Notes under the pieces: model-generated
What the model was told of the DNA's origin: nothing
Database searches by the model: none
The model's input: only the letters and a program-made list of their open reading frames with translations
Source: Trichoplax sp. H2
Taxonomy: Eukaryota
Assembly (NCBI GenBank): GCA_003344405.1
Contig: NOWV01000222.1
Coordinates: 62,001 to 111,427, forward strand
Direction of reading: 5' to 3'
DNA length: 49,427 nt
Position numbers and translations under genes: made by a program
Shown: piece after piece, positions 27,194-41,400 of the stretch
How the letters are laid out: each line of letters starts with the position of its first letter
How positions within the stretch are numbered: the first letter of the stretch is position 1

Positions 27194-27925
27194 TGGCCAC
27201 AGTCAATCTTGATAGTCATAACTAGGACACCAGCATTCATTTTTAGTTAATGCTGGATTGATTTAACTTGGTATTTAGCAATTATTATCGATCGGATAGA
27301 ATGGTTCCATTCTATCCTGATGTTCTATCACTGTTCTTCCTCTCAATTTCTCTAAATAACTATAGTTATGATCACTCATCGCTGATATTATAGAACATAT
27401 TTGGACGTATTGCTAACATGATATTGATCATTTTGCAAAGTCTTTGATAACGCTACTTTTAAAAGCTACATGTCATGTTTGCTATCCTATTTTATCGCTA
27501 GTTTTGATTGATGCATTCAACAGCAGCTTTAACAAGTCTAGTAAGCTTGTAATTTAAAGGATAACATGAACTGCCATCATGACTGGACTCGGTTACCGTA
27601 CCTCATAAACATAGAATTGCCATAATCCTACCTTTGTATTAGAATATTGTTCTTTTTTTGTTTTTGTATGGTATTGACAGTGAACAATTTATCATGTCGA
27701 TGACAATATGGATTGGCAATAAAAGAAGTGAATTGAAAACAAGTTGCTTTCACCGATGTGGTATAAACTTGCATGTAGGAATAACGGAAGGGATAGTACT
27801 ATACCGTAGAGTTGTGTATTGCCTAGGGGTTAGCCCATTCCCCTAGTATGATGCTTTTGATCAGGGTCAGAATGGCACCTACAAGACGATCGTTGAAGAT
27901 GCAGTCAATGAAAGATTGAACTGCT

Positions 27926-27990
27926 AAACAAGGCTAGCTGTAAACCACAACGATTGACCATCTAAAACAAGGCTAGCAGTAAACCACAAC
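27926..27990. repeat. 26 bp direct repeat x2 (1 mismatch)
   Basis: aaacaaggctagcWgtaaaccacaac at 27926-27951 and 27965-27990. Confidence 0.85.
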
Positions 27991-28590
27991 ATCTGTAGAT
28001 ATGGCATGATTGCATGTAATCGTGTTCTCGTTCATTCTCTTGCTAACGATCATGCCAGTGTCATGGATGACTATAAGATGGAAACGCTTCCGTCTGGCGA
28101 TTTGTTTACCCCCTCAAATCAATAACACCAGTCGACTTTAGAGAATGGACAGTCGTCGTTGCATAGTTCTACTCAGCTTACAGTACAGTCGATCTATCAG
28201 TAATGATATTTCTTGTATGTCTAAAGATTAATTCTAATCATGAACTGATCCAATACTGATTTCTTCCCGCTGTTGGGTCGATTCTGATTGTCTACAGTGT
28301 GTCGACGGATTGGTGAGGTAGAAGCCATTCAAAGTAAGTGCTTGACATTGGACTAGAAAACTGGTCAGGAAGTAGTTCGTGACCTAAAATGACTCCATAC
28401 TGCAATAAAAAGGCATGCAAGCCATCACTAGCCCATTGCACAAGGTTGTGCTGATCTGTCTGCGTGCCATTGCAGCCAAAATTGAAAGTCTATTTCTTGC
28501 AAACGCAAAGATAGAATGGATGGCTAAACCTCTTTCGACCTCAGTCATACACAACTGCAGGTCTTGTAGCTCTCTTTTTGAATGTGTTCC

Positions 28591-30160
28591 GTACGGTGCG
28601 GACGCCAGGATGGACTTGGGAAATGGTCAAAAGGTCCCTGACATTGATTGACTAGCCTGCAGTATAATGAAGTACTGGAATGTACGGTACGGACGCCGGC
28701 ATGGACTTGGGAAATGGTCAAAAGGTCCCTGATATTGATTGACTAGCCTATAGTATAATGAATGTATCAAAGTATTGGAATGTACGGTACGGACGCCGTC
28801 ATGGACTTGGGAAGTAGTGAAAAGGTCCCTGACATTGATTGACTGGCCTAGAGTACAGCATAATGTATCAACGTACTGGAATATACGGTACGGACGGTGG
28901 GATGGACTCGGGCAGTACAATGAATATTGCGTCATAAGGGTGCTGTAGTGTACAGTACATCATTGTCATATTGAAGGCAGAAAGGGAGCGACTGTAGGCT
29001 GTATCAGAAGCCGATAGCAATGTTGGAAGCTATCAGCTTCAGCTATGGCTGTATCAGACTGCCATATACAGTTGAAGCTAGTTGAGGCTAGNNNNNNNNN
29101 NNNNNNNNNNNTTGCAGCCAAAATTGAAAGTCTATTTCTTGCAAAGGCAAAGATAGAATGGATAGCTAAACCTCTTTCGACCTCAGTCATACACAACTGC
29201 AGGTCTTGTAGCTCTCTTTTTGAATCTGTTCCGTACGGTGCGGACGCCAGGATGGACTTGGGAAATCGTCAAAAGGTCCCTGACATTGATTGACTAGCCT
29301 TTAGTATAATGAAGTACTGGAATGTACGGTACGGACGCCAGGATGGACTTGGGAAATCGTCAAAAGGTTCCTGACATTGATTGACTAGCCTTTAGTATAA
29401 TGAAGTTTGAAGTAGTGGAATGTACGGTACGGATGCCAGGATGGACTTGGGAAATCGTCAAAAGGTTCCTGACATTGATTGACTAGCCTGTAGTATAATG
29501 AACGTATCAAAGTAGTGGAATGTACGGTACGGACGCCGGCATGGACTTGGGAAATCGTCAAAAGGTCCCTGACATTGATTGACTGGCCTAGAGTACGGCA
29601 TAATGGATTAACGTACTGGAATGTACGGTACGGACGTTGGGATGGACTCGGGAAGTAGTGAAAAGGTCCCTGACATTGATTGACTAGCCTGCAGTATAAT
29701 GAGTGTATCAAAGTACTAGAATGGACGGTACGGACGCCGGCATGGACTCGGGAAGTAGTGAAAAGGTCTCTGACATTGATTGATTGACTGTCCTATAGTA
29801 CAGCATAATGTATCAACGTACTGGAATGTACGGTACGGACGATGGGATGGACTTGGGAAGTAGTGAAAAGGTCCCTGACATTGATTGACTAGCCTGCAGT
29901 ATAATGAAGTAATGGAATGTACGTACGGTACGGACGCCGGCATGGACTTGGGAAATCGTGAAAAGGTCCCTGACATTGATTGACTAGCCTGCAGTATAAT
30001 GAATGTATCAAAGTGATCAAAGTGTTGGAATGGACGGTACGGACGCCGGCATGGACTTGTACGGCATAATGTATCAACGTACTGGAATGTACGGTACGGA
30101 CGTTGGGATGGACTCGGGAAGTAGTGAAAAGGTCCCTGACATTAATTGACTGTCCTATAG
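28591..30160. repeat. Tandem array of ~90-105 bp units: ~3.3 units (28591-28910) and ~10 units (29233-30160)
   Basis: Unit consensus approx. GTACGGTACGGACGCCGGCATGGACTTGGGAAATCGTCAAAAGGTCCCTGACATTGATTGACTAGCCTGCAGTATAATGAA(TGTATCAAA)GTACTGGAAT, read directly in each copy. Confidence 0.97.
29092..29111. other. Assembly gap (20 N) between two versions of the same segment (28470-29091 vs 29112-30375)
   Basis: The sequence right of the gap restarts at ttgcagccaaaattgaaag (same as 28470). The sequence left of the gap ends at gttgaggctag (same as 30375). Confidence 0.95.
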
Positions 30161-31248
30161 TACTGTACTGTACAGTACAGTACAGTATGCTGTATCAAAA
30201 TACTTGAATATTGCGTCATAAGGGTGCTGTAGTGTACAGTACATCATTGTCATATTGAAGGCAGAAAGGGAGCGACTGTAGACTGTATCAGAAGCCGATA
30301 GGAATGATGGAAGCTATCAGCTTCAGCTATGGCTGTATCAGACTGCCATATACAGTTGAAGCTAGTTGAGGCTAGCCGAAGCAGCAATAACTCGACACGG
30401 TAAGTTAGCAGTCTACTAGTATGTTTTTATTCTCTACTCTCGGTTAAGTGCCCATACGCAGCTATTTCTTTCAGTATCTTACGTACCATACGGACGCCGG
30501 GATGGCGGGATGGAATTGGGACGTCCACTCGTCCAGTGAAAGGTCCCTTGACATTGATTCACTAGCCTACAGCACAGTATTGTACAGTACAATGTACAGT
30601 AGCATACAGTACTGTAGTCAGTGTACTGGAGACTCTACCAAGGCAATATTGCATCATTACGGAGAGGCGACCGTATTGAAGGCAGAAGGAGAGCTTCAAT
30701 CGTATGACGGCTCAGGCGTAAACATGATACAGTACTGTACTCTGTGTACTGTACACTGTACACTGTACATTGTGGAGTTTCTGCTGCCTCGGCTAGCCGC
30801 AACTGTAATGCACAGTATCAGACTGTGACAGTGGATAGCGACACTAGACAGGATGCAGGCCACGTGCTGTCGGTAAAATTGGAATTTCATGAGAGCAACA
30901 ATTTGTCACGTCCAACCAGAGCGTACACTACAGTAGACCATGTTGAAAGGTCCTCCTCCAGTGGGTAGACTGCCTCCATACAATCAGGCTTCCGCTCCCA
31001 AGTGTGTGGGCTGGATATTTTCCTGCCTAACATTAGCAGTCATGGTACCAGAACAGCACAACACAACCGTAGTGTATCCTATCATTTGCACCAATGGTGG
31101 TTGGTAGACTTGAAGATACCAGCACCACCGTACTAGACTGGACAAGCATTCAGAAATTGACGTGACACCGATACAGTCGATCGATCGCCAGTGGCGTCAT
31201 ACCACTACAGGAGTGACCACTGCATAGACGTCAGGCCATTGAATCAAA

Positions 31249-33152
31249 ATGGAGGAATATGCAAGAGAACCTTGGTGAGCTGCAATTGATTTTCTTGTCC
31301 GTAATTTATTCGATGTCAAGAAAGTAAAAATACCCTGATAGAGGGTTACATGGGGTGATTACGAGTTGCTAATACTTGTTCTATTTGATTTCATAGTCCG
31401 TATCGAATCATCGATGATTGCGGTGGAGCGTTTTCCATGGGTTGCATCGGTGGAGGAGTATTTTCCCTTGTTAAAGGCTATCGCAATTCCCCTCCGGTAA
31501 GTACCAAGAGCACAGGCAAAAGATAAAAAGAGTCAGCATCACCCTGATAGTGGTATAAGCTAGCTTAGACGTTTATTAATGGAGACTCAATTGGATAAAG
31601 TACTTTTAAATGTCTACGACATATTGTGTACTCTGCCAAGTCAGTCGATGAAGCATGAGTTAGTGAATGGAAGAAATAGATCGTTTTGAGTAGCTGGAGG
31701 AATACTCTTGTCTTGTACAACAGTTCTACAGGTTGATGATATCCTTGTTTAGGACGACTAGTGAGTCATCCATGAAACCAGTTAGACGTAGTATGCAATC
31801 ATTTTTGGTTAAAGGTATCTGTTGCATTCCATTCACTCTTGCAATGTCTTAGCCAGGAGTAGCTGTACACCATAACATACGTATCGTTACATCTGCTTTC
31901 CACACATGAATGGATTGTAGAAACATGGAGACAGTATGCAAGACAAGTGTTCCAACGAATCCATGAATTCGTACCAGCTAATGCTCGACATCCACTCTCC
32001 ATTAGCTTACACTTAAAAGTAGCGATCAATGTTGATGCCAAAGTGGCTAAACGCCATTATCCAATGCCAATAGGATTAGTAAGTTGTATTTGCGTTTTTG
32101 TTATAGGGCAAGAGATTAGTTGGAAGCATTACCGCTATTAAAACTAGAGCGCCTGTTTTAGGAGGTAAAGGAAACGTTGCTATTGTTAATGTTGCTAAAG
32201 AAAGCACAGATTGCTGCTAGTAATGACTATATCCGGCTGTTAGTAAATTGAACCATAAAAAGACTAGTGGACAGTAGACTAATAACGCTGTTCAATTGCT
32301 TGTTTCCATAAATAGGAAATTTTGCTGTATGGGGTGGACTGTTTTCAACCTTTGATTGCTGTCTAATTAAACTACGCAATAAAGAAGATCCTTGGAATTC
32401 TATCGGTAGTGGAGCCTTAACTGGAGCTGTACTGGCTGCCAGAGGTAGGATACTCTGCTATCTACTTCATCTTGCCAAATTATTTTCTACTTAATCCATT
32501 GTACTTGATCCCATGATAACATCGGCCAATATCATGGTGTTGTCATCCTTATCATATGTATCAAAACCATGACCACAGATTCTAATCCTACATGATATTA
32601 TTATTGTAATACGTATGCAACTTTTTTTCCTGTTACCAATAGGTGGTTTATCATCGTCGCTACGATCGGCTGCAGTAGGTGAGTTGATAGTTAGTTTTGA
32701 AATACTTTCTTTAACAACATGATCAATACTGCTTCTAGGACGAATTTCAAATATATCCTTTTGGCTAATCATCAAAAATGATCATGTTCAATTTACTGTA
32801 TCATGCATAGGTGGTATCTTACTGGCTTTAATTGAAGGTGTTGGCATTGCCATTACAAGAATGACTGCAGAACAGTTCAAACCAGGTTAGACTACAGTAT
32901 CTTGATAATCGATGTAGAGTAAAGTTGATATCTATTTCGCTACTCCATGGATAGTATCCATATTGCAATTTAGTCCTACTACTGTACATAATCCGATTCC
33001 ATCTTTACTCCAGCTTGAGGTGAACGTTACTAATATATAGCCCTATCTATGCCTATTTGATAGTGATGCCACAACTGCCAGATCCAGTCCAATTACCACC
33101 ACCGAAACCACTCAACACTCCTTCGTCCAATGAAGAAATCCAATTTCAATAA
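31249..33152 (+). CDS. TIMM17: Mitochondrial import inner membrane translocase subunit Tim17, 170 aa
   Basis: Exons 31249-31274, 31397-31496, 32107-32164, 32316-32444, 32643-32678, 32811-32885, 33064-33152 give [29 protein letters not shown]...[25 protein letters not shown]...[23 protein letters not shown]...[13 protein letters not shown], the characteristic Tim17 motifs. Confidence 0.98.
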
Positions 33153-35461
33153 CACAGCCAATTCTCGTATTATTGTATCTTATTATTATACCTAATTTCT
33201 GTAAAATGTAGCCCAATTATCAAAGTGATATTGTTGACATATTTTAGGCTCATTGCCTTAATTGAAGGATAAAATTGAAATTTAGGAGCATCATACGATT
33301 AACGTTAATTTTGAATTGCATTCAATGTACTGTAATAACCAGATCGTCTACTGTTTTATCTCTATCGACCGTTATTTAATTGGTATTATATTATTGAAGT
33401 TACACTTGATTAATGGCATAGTTAAGCGATGGCTAAAATCCTTATGTTGATGCGTCTATTGATATACATTGCATATACATGTTTTTGTATATATGTATAT
33501 GTTTTGCGTTTTGTATTGCTGACACATATTGCTAACTGATGTCATCTTGCCAACAATTGAAGATATATCGAAAGGCAATCGGTGAAGACCCTTTTTAGAT
33601 CGTGCTTGAGCTTAAAATGGTTATAAAGTGGATCTTTATTTTTGTTGCTAACGACGCATTTCATGCCTTTCGCAACAGTTATATAGGCAGAGACTACTGC
33701 GTCGATTCTACATCGTTTCAACCATCTCTGTTTGATAGGAATAACACTATTTTTAATGAACACATCTTGCTTTTTCGCTTTATGCTTACGGTTCTACCCT
33801 ATGAACGCTTATGGTTACTATCCAGTAAAGTAGTTGAGTGATAGAGGAGTATGTCAATACTTCTGATCATACTTTGCTGAGATTCATTCTGACATTTTTT
33901 TTTCCAACACAAATAGGATGTATGTATGAAAGCTTGATAAAGTAACAATTCTACGGTAATAAAGACTTGAGCTAAACTAGACATTACTATCGCGAGATTC
34001 TATTATCTGCCATATCCATAGGAATGGGTATACTTTAATTGCAAGTCCTGCCAACACTTTTATAGTCGTACATAGAAACATCTCTACTGCCATTGACCCA
34101 TTTTAGTAATCCATGTCCAGCATCTAGGCACATACTGTAACTGTATCGACTGTCAATGTGTAAGTTAAGTAGTTCCGTGATGATTGCAACTGCTAGATTG
34201 TGGTTGCTGTTCCAGCTCATAACTCTAAACTTAACGATGCGATAGCAAAGTTAAGCTATGACTTTCGACTAAAACTCTTGCTCTTATGCTTGCCCTACAT
34301 GCGAGTAATGTATCTTTAAAGATGCATCAACGCTTGGATAGCTACTGTACAAGAGCAAATAGAGCTGTCTAGATTGGACTATTTTCTTAAAACATTTTGA
34401 AGAAGACATAAAACCAGTTGTAAGGTACAAAAAATGCTAGCCTTATGGACAGTTGCTTGTTTTATTTGATAGTATACAGCATGCTAGAAGTCATCAAGCC
34501 AGTCTTTGCGCATTAACTGATGGGCTACTTTATATTTCATTATTCAAAGGCCAAGATACGCCATAGATACTGTACATATATATACACGTACAGTAGTGAC
34601 AGGGTTGTCCAGCACTAGTACTATATTATGCTGTATATACTGCTGCTACGGGTTTAGTAAACCCTAATCACTTCCACATCGATTTCTCCTACACTTGTTC
34701 AAACACTAAAGCAGTTTGTGTATTGAAGAAGTTCCATTTCCATGTCGATTTTTGGCGTACATCTCGCTAAAAACAGCACAGCCCTTTCTAACCTGCTTTC
34801 TAATACGCTCTGTATAGAATATGGAGAAGTATAGGATAGAGTTCAGCACTGTGTGCAGGTAAAAGAACCTTTTACCTCCATGGTCTATCTATCTATCCCT
34901 GGGATCAAGATGGATAGGATCAATTCGATGAAACTCTATTAAACAAGTAATTGTTGCCTGTAGCTCAATCTCCATATTGATCCGCCATTGAAAGCGGCAG
35001 AAAAATTGCATCAATGCCTTTTTGAAGCTAAACCACTCAACTGGATTCCTACTACTAGAAGATGACTGTCGTGTCCACTCTGTTTTGGACACTTAGGTAT
35101 TGCAACCCAAATCAACATGGCCGCCGCAACACCAGCTGACACCGTCTCTGAGACACAGTACAGTACCAGAGACCCTAGAATACAGTATACTGTACTGTAA
35201 GGTCTTGAGCTATGGATTGTAGCAGCAGCAAGCCATTAACGCAATAGCTTCCAACTCTGTTGTGGCGCGTTGGCAGAAGGAAAGGGAAGCCTGTTGTAGC
35301 TAAAATTATCATCACAACATCGATTTAAAGGCAAGGTAAGAGAATAGATTAGCCATTGGATGCCATAGGAAGATATTGGCACATGATAGTATGCTTAAAG
35401 CAAGACTGTTTCTTCATGAGTTGACTTTGTGCTGGCGCTAAAACAATTCATCAGAGAGGAT

Positions 35462-38400
35462 ATGAATGTCCAAGATAAAATGGAAACTCCATCGTCTCCA
35501 ACGGATCTTTGCAAGCCTTACGCTGTTGTTGCTGAATTACCTTATCCTGTAAGCGATGACCATGCTCTTCCTTTTCACGATCATCGCTACACAGTAAAGA
35601 TGGAGTGAGAGAGTAGAGTCTATGGCTCAAATTCAATCGATAGGCAATTGTTACAGTACAGGACTTGGCATTCTTGCAATGCCATCGAGCGATATCTACT
35701 AGGAAATCTTGGGATAGATTGTCTTGGCCCAAAATCATAAAATGCATCCTTTTATTTCTTTCTAGGATCATAATTATGGCCAGAAACAACCTGTACGACA
35801 ACAAACTTCACCACAAGCGTCAGATACTGGTGTCACAAGGTGTATATGGTAAGTTGGACAAGAAATAATTCAACATGAATTCCATCCAAGAATGCCATTC
35901 ATCAATGTTATTGGCATTTCTATCGAAATGCATATAGGAATCATACTCTCGACTACACTAATTCAATGACAAGATGACGGCTACATTGATGATCAATCAA
36001 TAGCCTATTTTATATATTTAAATCCATCGCCATTCATGCTTAATCCAATGATTGATTGCCTTTTTTTAGTGGTATGGAACACGATGATGGCTACATGATC
36101 TGTTGTGATAAATGCGGGTAAAGTACTTTCTAGTAGTTGGTACTTATGATGCAATAGCTTACACCAATGAAGCATGCTATTAATAGATCGTTATAACTTG
36201 ATTTTGGATATGATAGTGTTTGGCAACATTTATTATGTATGGGAATCCATAGTGATGACATACCTGAACTTTACTTTTGTGAACAATGCCATCCTAGGTA
36301 AGACCATCAATATGTATCATTGCTAATACTGATGCCTTAGTATCAACTAGAATTGAACGATATTCCATTACTATGTAACTATAATGTAGGCCTGTTGATG
36401 CTGAGCGTGCTAAAGTAGCACAGTTGAAAAAGTTAGAAGAAATGAAAGGTAGGGATGCCTTACTCATGACGACAGCTAAGCGATCACCGTTATCAAGTTA
36501 TACTTTCAAATTATCAGTGTTATAGTATACGTAGTTTTAAAAATGATGCTCATTAAAGTAAGCTTGACATTCCTGTTACATTTATCGATTCACATTTACT
36601 ATAGAAGAAGATGCAGAAGACGATGATGACGATGATGCCGATCATAAGAAGGGCATGATAGATCTGAAAAAGAAGAAACAGACAAAAGGCAAGCAGCCTA
36701 AACTAAAGGTAAAAACTGAAATCAGTTATGACACTAAGTTTTCGTTGCTAAAAAATGTTGCAATAAAATCAACTAATTCTTCAATGTAATTAAAAATGTT
36801 ATCCACATAGCCTCAGGGAATTCAGAAACGAAGCAAATTAAAGGTAGTACAGTTGCTTTTTTTTTATCAATCTTATAAACACTTTAATTGGTAATATTAC
36901 AATTCAACATTAAATGTTATCTATTTATTATCGCAATAGGAACATTCAACCAGTGAAAGTAAGATTAATATTTTTATGTATAAAACTCACCATACAATTC
37001 TAAAGCGAATGATATTTTTCGCAGTTGTCTATATTTATGTTTAAATCCATTTGCGCTTCACTTAATATAATTGTAATTATATGATGATAGATCCTTATCT
37101 CGTTGCCAAGCAAAAGTGGAGAAATTATTATAGGTATTGACAGTTAGTCCATTTCCTCATTCATTTAATTTAAATTATTATCGTGTTGTAGGCCTTATTT
37201 TTGAAAATGTTTTATTAGGAAAAAATATGAGTTGACTGATGAATCCAAATACGATCAAAATTTATTAGAAACTCCAATTTTCTACCGAAATGTAAGCATC
37301 TCCTGCTTAATTCGTCTATAGTATGAAATAATAAAATGATTACCGAATAAGTGTAATTTTTTCTTTATTGTATAAACTGCTGCAATGTTGAAAACTGTTT
37401 GCACTGATGTATCTGCTTAATGTATAGTCCATTTCCAAAGATTCGTTAAAATTCCTGGATGAAGTGACTATCGCCGCATCGATTGGAAAACATATGAAGG
37501 TTAATATTCTTAGCTTGCCTAAGATCATCACTATCTTTTTAATAATAATCCCTCTCTTGTTGACTTGACTGTGTTTTAATTTCTATGTCGTTCATCGACT
37601 TCCTGCTAGGCCTTATTTGCTAATCGAGATATTCTGCAAGAGCAAATTGTTATCGTATATCAGGTATACCGTATAGGGCATATGACATGTCTTTAATATA
37701 ATGTATCAACTACTTGTCAGGTAATATCGTTCGTTGCCTTTTGTACTTACTGAAACCCAACTTTTTTACAGGGTCATTACTATTCAGAAAAAAAATTTAA
37801 AGAAGCGAACTCCGAATTAATCGGGTAGCGTAATAATTTTAACGGTTATTTTTATTCCTATCCCTACTGATAGAATTTACGCTGTTATATTTCCTTAGAG
37901 CTTGTCCCTTTATCTTAACCTACGCGCTTGACGAGAGTGAAAATGACATTAGTATTGATCTAAGGTAAGAGATGTTAGAAATATTTGACAAGGGTATCAC
38001 AAATTGACATCCAAGAAAAGATGCTTTAACAAAATTTTTTGTTAATGCTAGAAAATACTCCAATAAAGCTCGATTCATTCGTCGATCCTGTCGTCCGAAT
38101 TGTGAGGTAGTAACGCTTAATTATCTTGAACAGTCTTAATTGTAATGATATCGCTGAGGTTTGCAATGGAGTTTTTGACCTTATATTTTAATCTTTGTAA
38201 TAGCTATATCCTATGGTTATCGATAATCAAATTCATATTTGTGCTTACGCAACTCAACCCATCAAAGATAAAACAGAAATTACAATTCCTTTCGATTTTG
38301 ATTTTAGCCATTGGTAATAATAACAATAGCTGCTATGTTTGAATCCTGCCTTTTTAGTCTCTGTGATTCATGCTTGTATTATAAATCATTATGATTCGAC

Positions 38401-41400
38401 AGTTTGTACGTGGATTGTGCTTGCGATACTAATCAATGCAAGATACGAGAAACGCTAAGAAGCAAGTCTCAAGATGTTATAATTTCGTAAGTAGATCCTA
38501 TTATGTACAGTATAGGAGAATATATGAAGATATTTTAATTGCGGTCAAACACTTTCTATTCTTATTCGTAATAGTTGATTTTAAAATAGATAAACACAAT
38601 CTTATTAGTTGTATTCGCATACGTTGACGAGTATTATTTTCCGGTTAGACAATGAATCTTAATAACGTAATGTACCCTACGCATTCTTTTATATAGAACC
38701 AGTAGTTATGATACAATAATATATGTAACATATAATTCTCGGTATATTATTGTGGGCAGTATGTAATGCACAACTAAAAAGTAATAAGGAGTATGCTTTC
38801 TTTTTATTATTTCAGTACAAAGAATAATTTTAATGGTCTTATAGCGATTAGTTTAAGCTGAACTACTTTCTTAATCAGTCGATTACTGTATAACTGATAT
38901 ACTTGTTTTTATTACAATATCATTTTGTGCCTGTACGTCTACTCAATTGTCCAAATTTTAAGTTCTATATAATTATATTATTAACGTACCTGTTCGCACT
39001 TGCCAATATTGCAGTCCGGACAGACCCATTCCTAAACGAGCACAGACATCAATTGATGAAGACACTTCGGATATGTATCAAATTAAGAGGAAAAAGGTAT
39101 GTTTAGTACAAATAAGAAGTGTATCATGACAACCGGATAAGATACTGATCTATTATGTTTTCTATAGAGAACATCAGTGGAATCAGAATCTACTGATGAT
39201 GTCGAAATCACAGTAGACGTTGATGGTATTAGTTCTGCTGATTCTTCTGCTGTACCTTGCAAACCAAAGAAATTGGTAATGTTCCCTTTCATTGAAAAAG
39301 TATGAAAACTATCTTAGATATTAAATTGATAAATTTTCTTAAATAGTCAAGAGAAGAAATGAAGATTGCAGCAATTGTTCAGGTAAGATGAGAATGACGG
39401 AGAGTGAATGAAAGATGCTATACTAATCCTGGCATTGCTATGTAGGCATTCGAAAGGATGGAAAAGGGCGAGAAAAGGAAAAGACGCGAAAGCAAGTAAG
39501 TATTATAGTTGTCGTATTTAGCAGATATCTAGAAACGATTTGTAAGCGTTAGTTATAATGACATTAACAAAGGGGTAATGAAGCTGGACAAAGCGGCAAC
39601 GATGATGAAGAAGTTAGCATTAAATTAAAACGGAGGTGAAGAATAAAGAATAGTTTATAGATGGTAGCGGTTTGTTTTTTTCCGATTGTTTGGGATTTCG
39701 ATAACTTAGAACGCCTTATCTTATTTGTATAGTAAGGGCGCTTGTGCATTTAGATCTCGGTCACATAGTCGGTAAGTGATATGATTCGACATTGGATGAA
39801 TTATGTGTGAATAGTTTGAATGAAGAATTACTCCTATTGGTATAGGACTAATGCAACGTCCGACATGTCTGATGCAACTTCAACTACTTCTACCGCGCCT
39901 ACATCTCCAACGGAATCAGCACCATTTTTATATGATGATATCTATGCAGTAGCCTTAACGGAGACAAAACAAAATCTTGTGGATTGTGGTATTTCCGTCG
40001 ATACTGAAATACCCCCGAGAAAGGTATTACTTCTTTGATAATTTTAAGTTAATCACTCAAGTTTTCCCTGTCACAATACTGAAGTTATATTTACTGCTAT
40101 TAGCGATTACTATTGGAATATCAAGAGGTTACGAAGGGAAAAGACAATAAGGAAAATGGTGATAATATCATCAATGTTATGAAAGATCTTAGCGATGGCT
40201 ATGGTTGTTACAAGAAGGTTTGGCGATCAATTTTTTAGATGTGATGTTATGATTTTATTAACTTGTGAACGACAACTCTCTTGACTACTGCTATTCTACT
40301 ATGTATATTGTAGAGGTGGATATTAACAAGAAAATTGGAGGATTACTTGAACTCGTCAAGCAAGCTAGCAGACTGTTCGAATCAAAGCGATACATATAAT
40401 CGTTCTCCAGATAGTGAGTAATTTATATTACCACAACAGGATAGCGTTTGTTGATATCACTATCTTGGTTTAAAGCAAAATGCTTGGAATGAATAGTGAT
40501 AAATTTTTTTTCAGCTTTCCCAATTATTAAACGAAGAGTTGATTACAAGCCTCCTCAAACTAAGAAAATCGATCCTTTGCCATTTAGGAAAAGACCCTAT
40601 TATCGTAATTTAAAGATTCCTCCTAAAATTGAATTGACTGCGGCTACTCCATCTACGTATGTCTTTGTCCTGGAAAACTAACATGCATTAAACTTTAAAT
40701 TTAAGAGTTAACAATTTAGTAATGAAACTTACACTTTTATATAAAATAAAGCGCTACACCATCTCAAACATCATCTTCCGGACGAAGGAAGGTACTGAAT
40801 GAATAATATGTTATCTCTAGTTAAAATTAGTTCTTCTTGGTAAGGTTTACTTGCTAATGATGATAAAATTATTTACCGTAAAATGAATCGATTTATTAGG
40901 TTAGCCTTCTTGAATATCGTAATCGAAGAATCAATGCTGATTCCAGAAGAGTATCTGAAGCTGGATCGAATTCCTCAACTCCAATTTCAACACCTACGAC
41001 TTCGTTTAATTCTCCATTCTTTAAACAAACTGGCAGTCCATTTGAACCGGTCAGCCCAGTTGGATCCCCATCAGTTGGTGGTACTAGCGGGTAACAGGAT
41101 ATGCTGTAGTATTTAGTTTCTAGCGATTACTGATTTTTGAGCATATTCAATTGTGTACGGTTTTTATTAATTATTTGTGTCGCAACTGTATCAGAATAGT
41201 ATATACCTGTGCAAGGTTTAGTAATTGTAAGATAAATGTATTTGTGCTGTTAGGATATCCTTTAAATTACCTCAGGGTCATTCGCGAAACTTAAGTGTCG
41301 GAGGAAACAAAAGTAATGCTAGGTACAATATACAATTTCATTTCGATGCGCATATTAATGCACACCTTTTCGGTTTTCTTAATTATTAGGTCGTTCTCCT

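Noticed and set aside
28641..28656. ACATTGATTGACTAG resemblance to the CMV enhancer start (vector contamination)
   Set aside because: Only a short gapped similarity embedded in a native diverging repeat, with no other vector sequence.
28415..30077. ORFs listed across the repeat
   Set aside because: By-products of the repeat on both strands; frames are broken by indels between units and show no recognisable domain.
28591..30160. CRISPR-like repeat-spacer array
   Set aside because: The variable parts are variants of one another rather than unique spacers, there are no cas genes, and the context is a eukaryotic intron-rich genome.
28591..30160. Hammerhead/twister ribozyme satellite (retrozyme)
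   Set aside because: No CUGANGA...GAAA core on either strand of the unit, and twister-like words are not in the required order. An Infernal scan would be definitive.
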